Source: Lytechinus pictus
Taxonomy: Eukaryota
Length of the DNA: 64,000 nt
Direction: 5' to 3'
NCBI RefSeq assembly: GCF_037042905.1
Contig: NC_087245.1
Location: forward strand, 28,212,001-28,276,000
Part shown: in pieces, positions 54,440-64,000 of the stretch
Layout of the letters: each line of letters begins with the position of its first letter
Numbering within the stretch: the stretch's first letter is position 1
The notes under the pieces: generated by a model
Told to the model about the DNA's origin: nothing
Database searches by the model: none
Seen by the model: the letters and a program-made list of their open reading frames with translations, nothing else
Made by a program: the position numbers and the translations under genes

Positions 54440-54677
54440 GATGGCAGCCAGGCTTCAACATATAGTCCCAACTGAAAAAGTCTTGCGCTTCCACAAACTC
54501 AGCAGCTGCTTTGTCTCCGAGCTCCGACACGATACAGGCACTTGTTACAGATATCCCCGCATCAGAGCAGGATATGCTTGGTTGGGAAGAGTCGAGGTGG
54601 GTTTGGGTACATGGGGTGTGGTTGGTCTGGCCATGAGATGCCCAAGCAACATGTCACATTGGATGAACTGTTCAATC
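54386..54677 (-). CDS. Kelch gene first coding exon (5'UTR 54677-54440, CDS 54439-54386)
   Basis: Acceptor tttctttctctccacatctgcag ends at 54678. ATG lies in gccatcATG context with an in-frame TGA 18 nt upstream; donor is CAA|gtaag. The ORF-track frame (54327..54530) is not the coding frame. Confidence 0.8.
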
Positions 54678-54916
54678 CTGCAGATGTGGAGAGAAAGAAA
54701 TTAACACTTATTCTTATTATTACACAGGAAACCAATTGAAAGAATTTTGCTTGTTATTTGCTAATTCTCACTTGGACTGATTTTTTGCACTTCTCCTATA
54801 CTTACATATACTTCCCTCCCTCGCATTGTAAAGCAGGAAGAATAATAAGTTTCAATCACACGAAGAGACACAGCCACATTGAGTAGATGGGAAGATCATT
54901 TGCTGAAGTAATTTCA

Positions 54917-55343
54917 CAGTCCATAGGATGATCACCAAGCGGCAATTGCACAGTGCTTGCTTTCATAGGATTAGGGTGTGCAGAAAACCATTAAGAGGTC
55001 AGACAATGACCATTCTCCCTAAAGTCAAAGAAAACAGAAAATAAATACACAAGGAAAACTAAATCAAACTTTAAAAAAATATAGTATAACGAAAACACTG
55101 AAAATGTCCATTCAGATTACCTATTGAGCCCCAAACCCAACAAAGTATGAAGTGTTTTTATTATACTATATATTTTTTAAAGTTTATTTTGTTTTCCTTG
55201 GGTATTAATTTTCTGTTTTCTTTGGCTTTTGAGAGAATGGTCATTGTCTGACCTCTTAGATCTCTTAATGGTTTTCTGCACACCCTAATCCTATGAAAGC
55301 AAGCACCATGCAATTGCCACTTGGTGATCATCCCATGAACTAT
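54917..55343. mobile_element. Palindromic MITE
   Basis: ~180-bp arms (gatgatcaccaag..tgcttgctttcataggattagggtgtgcagaaaaccattaagag..) in inverted orientation. Confidence 0.85.
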
Positions 55344-56086
55344 ATGGCTAAGGTCTATAGGAAAACATGTTTTATCCTGAAATCTACAGTTACACTATAT
55401 GACATCATACATCATTGTCTGCCCAAGCCAGTTTAATGATTTTTTTTTAATTAAAAGAAATTGATATCTAAATCATTTCATACATAACACTCAAAGCACA
55501 AATCGACACAACTCTACATAACTATGCAGGCATTTGACTGTAGATGCCTTACTTATGCAGCACTGAAATTTAGAAATCAAGCCCCCCCCCCAAAAAAAAA
55601 TATAGATAGGATACCAACTGCTGACGTCTCTTGCTATCAAAGACTACATCAAACAAAGAGGCAATCAATATACAACGCACAATCTAGGAACAGCATGTTT
55701 TTTTCCATCTAGAATAGGTCAATACAGAGGATTTTTAATCATAATCTGGAGATTTAATTACGTTAGTTATCCCTCGGGAGTGAGATCTAAAACCATTATT
55801 CTTGTCATGCTAGGGGATCTCAATATGTCCATGTTCTATTCTTCCACACACTGTACATGTAGATCGATGGAAATCAAATTTTGCCGTTCTCTACAATTCA
55901 AATCAGAATTAAGTGTATGGCTTTGATACCAGATGAATCGTGACTGAAATTCCTGTGTATGGACGCAGACTGGATACTTGTTTGCTGTATATGTTGCTAA
56001 TTATAACTTTGTTCCAGACACATGTGAAATCATTATACTGTGTATTAAAGCAGCATGAATAAACTACACATGCATACTTCATAGAA

Positions 56087-57099
56087 CAGTCATTCTCAAT
56101 TACTTTTGTTGAAGCTCCACATTTCTTGTTGAAAATCTGACTGCACTGCTCCACTAGCGCTAACGAGCGAAATATTGCTGAGGGGCCCCTGGTGTGCTCG
56201 AGGTCCGCGGAGCCCCTTGAAGCTTTGGAATATGAGGCTTTTTAAATGGCCAAGAGGGGATCTAATTAATATCAATACAAGAAACACAAATGCAAACAAA
56301 CTTCACAATTTATTATTTTTCAAATGATAAGTGAACCTTTTCACAATATACCAGTGATACCGCTAGTCACGAGGGCATGCACACATCACAGCAGGCAATA
56401 CCTTAATTGCAGCATTTCTCTTTCACAACCTTGGATTTTAAATAATCGGCTTCGTAAACAAAGTTTCTGATTTTAATATGTCTAAAACTCCTTACTTCTG
56501 TGAAAATTATTTGATTAAAACTTACCCAATTTACTTTTCGTGATGCCACACGTTTATGCAAATTAAGAACGTAGTTTTATATCTGAATATATGTCACCAC
56601 ATTTTTCGATATGATGTGCTTTGCCAGTAGTCCAAGTTGTTGATTAAAAGCATGGCTTGTCAAGTATAAGTGTGTTAAATCATTGATTTATTGTCATCAT
56701 TTCAAATGCTGCATCTGAGCAATTCCATCAATTATAATCTGGAAATGCGAAATTACTGGCCGTAAAAATAGTTCAAAACGTGATAGATATCCGACTAACG
56801 CTATCAGATCACTTGTGATCATAGAGATAATTTGTATACCTCTATCGTGATTCACATGAATCCATACACCAAGCATATAAAAACCATAACGTTATAGTAA
56901 ATACAAATAAAATCAATAAAGACTTGGGTTTAAAATATAACTGACTTGTTTTTCCCTTTGTGTAAAATTATCATCAAACATCAATTCTACATGTAGAATT
57001 GCATATTTTCCCCTTTTTTTTCATACCGGCTCCCACGCGCCACTCCGCAAGGCTCGGTGCGCCACAAGTGGCGCGCGCGCCGCTATTTGAGAATCCCTG
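56087..57099. mobile_element. Non-autonomous hAT element, 8-bp TSD
   Basis: CAGTCATTCTCAA..TTGAGAATCCCTG; TSD TCATAGAA on both sides. Confidence 0.85.
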
Positions 57100-58882
57100 T
57101 CATAGAACATATTATTTTATGTCCATTATGCCACTATATACATGTACAGTACTATATTCTGTTCAATCAAATCATCTATGGGACTACATGATATATATAT
57201 ATACAGTATGGAAATATTTATTGTGTACTTTGATTTGAACTGAACAAGGTTGTACTTATATACTCCCATTGTCTGAACCAAATACTGAAGACCAACATCT
57301 TCCATTATTGCTGTGGCACAATAGATCATATAAAAGCACCTCGACACCTTTCAAGGTATGTACCCCGATATATCATGATATGCTATAATAGAATAATTTA
57401 TGTACACATGCAGTGTACATGCAAATGAGCAGTGGACAAGAAAATTCTTTATTCCATTGATTGTGGAATGTAGCCTACAATAGTTTTGATGCAGAAAAGA
57501 CAATTTCAGAATGTAAAACAAATGTCTGTTGATTACAAAGATTTCATGACAAAAATACATAATGCACACTGATTTATAATGATCATCAAATTCTTTATAA
57601 GATGCACAATTTTCACTTCAGAATATTTTAGCACGGAGAGGTGGGATTGGTACAACTCAATTTTTCTGAGCTGTCTATGTTAATATATCATATTTAAGTT
57701 TACTACTCAAAGACATCTCTAATTGCATGTGATAATTCCAAATTGTCACATTCAATCTCTAAAAAGTTCATTTGATTAGTGTGTATATAGACATGAGAAA
57801 AATGTTCGTTTATTCCACAATCACGAAAATTTACCTGTGGCAGCGGTGGGATTAGTACCGATGTCATTGAACTGCACATGAGAGAAGTAAAGGCACTTTC
57901 CGCACGACTTACTTAACATACATGAAGTACTTCAAAAGCTGACATTTGTGAGGTTTCCCCTTTCGTGTTGACTGCATACCATATCTATCAACGTCTTTTT
58001 TATTTCACTATAACGTTTCTCAAGCCACTGAAGCAAAAAAAAATACAAGTAGGCCGATTACAGTATGTAGATTTTACATAAAATTGGCTGTTCTTTCCCA
58101 TTATTGTTCCAATGAGAAATAATATAATGAAACTGTACCTGTAGGGGTACTTTAGAAGAGAATCAAAGGACAGAAGCTTTGATTTCGGTTAAGACAAGTT
58201 ACTCATCTTGCCGTTTTATGTAAATATTTTTATTGTATTTTTTCATATATGATGCTCAGCCATTTTCTATTATGGTTTTGACTCTTCACACTAAATTATA
58301 AATCTGTTTATTCCAGTGTTATCTTTGTATATTTGTCATGATGTATACTATGGTGTATGTTGATGAGTTTCTGAAATAAAGTCTAGAATTGAAATGAAAT
58401 ATCATCTATGGAATAGATATATCCCTCCTGTAGACAGATGGCGGTAGTACTTTCAGTAATAAAGGATCTAAGGAAGTGTTTATGAAACGTTCGAGTAAGA
58501 AATTTACAACTTAACAAAATTTTGCGTGTCAGTTGACATTTTGACAATTCAGTCATGATGCCATCCATTGCTAATCAACTTTGTTGATCTTTGTTCTCCT
58601 CATAAGACTGCCATTTTTAATAGCAGTATGCATGGAGTGTATCAAGCCATTATTTCCTTATGAACTTCGAATTTTAAAATAATGTAATCATACAGTATCA
58701 ATGGATTGAGATTTTCACTTTAAATGTAGAAAAAAGCATTCAAAGACATTGAAAATGTGCAAAACAAGAAGAAAAAAAAGATAAAAATAAATGGATACAT
58801 GTGTCATCCACAAGTCAAGCAGTAAACTTGATATATTGAAAAATAATGGAATAATTAAAAGCACATTGTAGCTCTACACAAA

Positions 58883-59756
58883 AACAAGTGGAGCGCCTCT
58901 GGCAGTCTCACCTGCATTACGCGATTCAATATACATGTAGCAGCAGTGCTGACTTTGAAAACTACTACAACATAATTATTCACAAAAAACACCATTCATA
59001 TAATGATACAATACTACGTTCATTGACTCTAAACGACATTTGACCTTGATCGTGTGACCTAAGACTTGATTACCCCTATGTCCACAATTCATAAACTATA
59101 TCCATAAACTTTGAAAGTTATGACAGCAATTTAATAATTACCTCCAACATAGCCAAAATTCATTGACATTAAATGACCTTTGACTTTGATCATGTGACCT
59201 GAAACTCGCACAAGCTGTTCAGTAATACTTCATTACTCTATGTCCAAGTTTCATGAATCAGATCCATAAACTTTAAAAGTTATGATGGTAATTCAACAGA
59301 TACCCCCACTTGGCCAAAGTTCATTGACCCTAAATGACCTTTGACCATGGTCATGTGACTTGAAACTCAGGCAGGACGTTCAGTAATATTTGATTACCCT
59401 TATGGCCAAGTTTCATGAACTAGGTCCATATACTTTCAAAGTTATGACGACATTTCAAAAGCTTAAACTGTAGGTTAAGATTTTGATGTTGATTCTCCAA
59501 ACATGGTCTAAGTTCGTTGACCCTAGATGCCCTTTGACCTTGGTCATGTGACTTAACACTCGAGCAGGATGTTCAATAATACGTGATTAACCTTATGTCC
59601 AAGTTTCATGAACTAGGTCAATATACTTTCTTAGTTATGCTGTCATTTAAAAAACTTAACCTTAACTTAACGGTTAAGATTTGATGTTGACGCCGCCGCC
59701 GTCAGAAAAGCAGCGCCTATACATGTAGTCTCACTCTGCTATGCAGGTGAGACAAC
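58883..59756. mobile_element. Helentron/DINE-like non-autonomous element with internal tandem repeats
   Basis: A-run flanks; subterminal IR GTCTCACCTGCAT / ATGCAGGTGAGAC; ~4 internal units ttcattgacc..tgacctttgacc..catgtgac..ccaagtttcatgaa; 5' fragment also at ~21313. Confidence 0.65.
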
Positions 59757-62700
59757 AACAAAATAAAAGGAAATGATCTGCATTTCTGTACCCAAGACTA
59801 GTCACTGATACGGCATCATAAAAAATAAGACAGCATCTCTGCCTTAATTACCAATTTAGAATTGACCCATTTTAATATTATTCAATAAGAATTACTGCCC
59901 CAGAAAGGGCCCAGATTGAAGAGAACCTCATAAGCCATGCTTCAGAAGATCTCATAATTTCAAGGAAAGAAAGACACAATAAGAATAGATCAAATAGAAA
60001 ACATATTTGTAGAAATTTGTACTAATGTTTCTCAAGTTTCTATCCCAGAATTTGTTTAATACTGTACTTGATGTGAATTGATTATTCATCTATTTGGCTC
60101 TGACATTTTTCAGAATGCAGTACTATTTTTCAGCAATCTAATAACATAGCCCTGAATTTGGCATGCCTGATTTGCGAGACATGAAGAGCATTGATTTTGT
60201 ATTCTTTTTCACTTCGGCTGACTTCCTGTTTTCGAAAGGCAGACAATTTATTATAATATAGTAAATGCATTTCAGCAAAGTTATGATTTGTAAATAAGTA
60301 GGCCTATACTCTGGACACAAGTTCAACATAATCATCTATTGAATTTATTTGAAAGGACGTCAAAACCAAGGAAATTTCTATTCTGGTTCTTTCAAATTCA
60401 ACAGAACACAAATGCACCATAAAAGGCAACACTATGAAATTACGATTCATTTTCCTATAAAAATATTGGGCAGGCCTATAAAAATATTGGGCAGGCCTAT
60501 AAATGCCACCATACATGTACAACCCAAATTTTACACTGTGATAAATATACAGTACCGTTCAATACAGTTCAACAATAAACATCATTTAGTCTCTTTCACA
60601 GAGGTGAGAAAGAAATATAGACTCCCAGCTGCAAAAATAATACTGGCAGAAAACAAAAATGGGTTCTATTGTCAAGACAAATATGGAATGAGGTGAAATG
60701 GCCGGCATTGTCTGATTGCACATGTTCTAAAATATGAACATGTAATATCAGTCTAGACATGAATTCATAAAATACTTTATTTGCAGAGTCAAATTACAAA
60801 CAAGCAGAAGTTTGCTAGTACATGTTGCATAATTACATGTAACTGCTTTAAAAGCTTTGTTTACAGGTACATGTACTGCACATTAATACACTAAGCATTG
60901 AGAAATGTCATCAGAAACAATATTCCTGTAACATTGCGAGGTTAATGCAAGAGATAGTGTTCCAAAAGTATGAAGTCATGATGATTGATTTTACATTGGT
61001 ATAAAAATGAAAAATAGGTACATGTCTGATGCGTCATGCCCGTTACAAACCATTGAGCATAGACTTTATAACCTTTGACATACATGTGCACTCAAAATAC
61101 AAAAGTGACCTGTCTTGTTGTGTGATGTTCCCCAAATTATGAAAATCTGAACCATATTTTTAATCCAGCATATGGAAACCATCCGGCATACCTTGATGTA
61201 ATGACCTACATGTATTGTAGGACCTTTTGATCGACGTCTTACCTACACTACAGATTTCAGAATCGACCTGACTTTGTTCGAATTATATAATTATCACAAT
61301 TACTGGCAATATGTACCTGATGAGCTTACTGTGGTGCAGTTGTGAGCATACAAGCCTAAGTTTAAACTGAATTTGAACCTCTTGAAATGAGGGTACATAT
61401 GGAGGAGATGGACAGCAGATTCAATGTGGTAATTGTATGCTCAGAGAAGTGCTCTTCAACTGAAAGCTGCAGACTACGCTGATCAGATGAACCCACTTCA
61501 ACTTAAGACTATATAGGACTACATGATTCTACTTGCTCCACAAGTCAATCTAAAGGTTGCTGAATATATGTACACAATACTTTCCTCCATATGAACATGG
61601 ATTTAAAAAAAATTAAATCATAGATCTGTCAAATGGAACAATGCAAATGGCATAACACTAAAAAGTATGGAGAAGAAAAACAAATCATGAGTTTCAGAAA
61701 GAAAAAAAAAGAATCAATTTTTTTTTAAATCTATTTTTATTCATCTTCATTATAAAAAGTATCTTTAGGTTACAATAAAAGTATGAAAGTTCATGTATGG
61801 GGGGAAATACATGTATATTTTTACTTTGTTTTTCCACTTTTTCCTCTACATGTAAATGACACAACGATGCGAACTATGTGTATCAATCAACCTGTGCTCT
61901 CAAATTGATTAATACTTTACTGTATTTTCATATTTTTTAAATGTATTTATGATATGTGTTCTTTAATCAACTTGAGGTTGTAACTACATGTACATGTATG
62001 TCATGTAAAGGGAGTTCTATCTACAAGCTCTGCTTCTTCGGGCTTCCTAACTATTTTTTACTTTGTTTTGTATTGTTCTTTGAAAATTACTGTATATTTG
62101 ACTTGTTTTTAAAATGGTTGAACTTAATAAGTGAAATGAAATGAAAGAAGTTGAATAAAAGCTAAGATGGTATTAAAGTTTCTTATTTTCCTTTTCCAAA
62201 GAGCCCCTATACCTTTTCTCTTTCCATGGATTAAAAAAGAAAGGAGTGTCTGACATATCTACATGTATTATAAAAATCATGTTTGTAAACAAGCAGAGAG
62301 ATGACCAAAAAGTTATAAGTCTTCTCAGAGAGACTTCAAATTGGTGATCAATTTGAGTTTGAACTGGAGATTTCCCATATAAAATCTCTCAAAAGAAAAC
62401 TTCTTACCAGAAAAATTTTCATTGAGAAAGATGCAACCTTGGCACATTAGAAGTTAAGATGTATTTCTGTATAAATCACAAACATTCTGCTTGTGACAAT
62501 TCTACTACAAATACATTTACATATTTATTCCAAATCATGATGTCACAATATCGATAGGTGTAATACACAAGAGGACTAGAATCTAAATAATAAAATTCTT
62601 TCAATTTACATTTGCAAAGTACATATGCCTTTTAATGGGGCAACTTTTTTGCAGAAATAATCAGAGTACCATCAAACTTCCCTGAAGGAAAAACACCAGA

Positions 62701-63688
62701 GGCCTTCTTCATTATTTTCCAGGCTTAGGAGCCCTCCAGCTATCATGGACTAATCAAATTTATTTCCAATCGAGGAGGGAGGAAATGTAGGCAATAACAG
62801 GCAATTGGTTGATAATGACGTCTTACACCCCATAGCTAAATGAAAATGGTTATGTAGGAAAAGAGATGGAAAGAGATAGACGGAAGAGAAGGGCGAGGAG
62901 AGCAGTGCCGCACTAGACAATTAAGAATTTGATGGCATTATTCAAAAGTACTGAATGTAAAAGATAATTGTATTTTAAATCAAATGCTGCTTTTATTTCA
63001 CAGGTTAGGTTTGATAATTGCTGAAATACTTTCTATCAAATTGGTAGGCCTAAACATGTATGTTTATAGCAGAAAGCAAAATGCATGATATCAGGAAATT
63101 CATCCAGACACCCTTCTTTGTTCTTCCAAGATACTCTGAATATAGCTGGAATGCATTTGTTGCAAAAGAAATAAATGAAGATCAAAATATTCAATGTAGA
63201 ATAAATGTCAATTCCAATGAAGTTGTTTCTCGATTCAATTGAAGAAATATGATAATCACAAATGCAAATTCTCTATGAGACAATAACTGCGAAAATGAGA
63301 GAAATCTTAATCATCACCTTGAGTCTCTTGAAGGTAATGGTTATTCACACCTAAAAAATGCAAACAGAAATTCAATGTTACATCAGTACACCGCCATTTT
63401 GCCATCATAGGGGAACATGGCAAAGATTAAAGAACACCCAGGGGTGACGAAATTTATGGATTGTAAAATGTTCCCATTTACTGGCTGTGAATTTCTGCCA
63501 CCCACCATAAAACCTTTGATCACGGTGATGATCCATGGACCATAGACTACCTTGTAGATTTCACAAGCACGGTGCAGGATAGCTTATTTGCTGTATAATG
63601 AGATTATGAAAGTTTGATGCAGATTATCCAAGTCCCTCAGTCATCTCCTTAAACGAGCGTCGGCTTTTATGCGGAGCAGATTATCATT

Positions 63689-63960
63689 TGGGGGCATTGT
63701 GGTCGACTGGTTACGACTCGTCTTTCAATCCGAGGGACGCGGGTTCGATACCAGCCATGGATTATTTTCCTTCATTCAGCAAGAAATTTACCCACATTGT
63801 GCTGCACTCAACCCAGGTGGGGTGAATGGGTACCCGGTAGGAAGAAGTTCCTTGAATGATTGAGCCCCTATATGGACAGCACAGCTAAAGCCAGAGTAAT
63901 AAATGCAGTGCTTTGTATCCTCACATGAAAGTGCTTTATGAATCCAACTATCATTATTAA
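63689..63960 (+). mobile_element. tRNA-derived SINE
   Basis: TGGTCGACTGG..GGTTCGATACC, same core. Confidence 0.85.
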
Positions 63961-64000
63961 TACTTGCTGACCCTGACTTTGTGAAAAGCTTTGAAAAAAT

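Noticed and set aside
54327..54530. ORF-track peptide as the Kelch N-terminus
   Set aside because: It is in the wrong phase for the 54386/53400 splice; the +1 frame gives the typical H..SAFQVMNDLR lead-in to BTB.

Overview
AT-rich eukaryotic (animal) genomic DNA. The repeat types suggest a marine invertebrate such as a sea urchin, which is my inference. One intact protein-coding gene is supportable: a minus-strand BTB-BACK-6xKelch (KLHL-family) gene with 7 coding exons (54439..41063, 565 aa, all GT-AG junctions in phase). There is also a decayed, intron-containing pogo-type DD35D transposase with a C-terminal PHD finger (24866..21658, minus). The rest is dense with non-autonomous DNA transposons (hAT-, Tc1-, Kolobok-, piggyBac-, Harbinger- and Helentron-like), tRNA-derived SINEs and simple repeats. 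The most notable structures are: (1) a young 4.5-kb near-perfect palindrome with a 6-bp TSD inside Kelch intron 4; (2) an older ~4.4-kb foldback at 3.6-8.0 kb; (3) strong enrichment of TACATGTA/TAGGCCTA, with one paired site showing TA replaced by TACATGTA; (4) three related promoter/first-exon-like modules at 27.7-31.8 kb, one pointing into a chain of non-coding minus-strand exons. Most ORF-track entries are spurious. No prokaryotic-type system is present.
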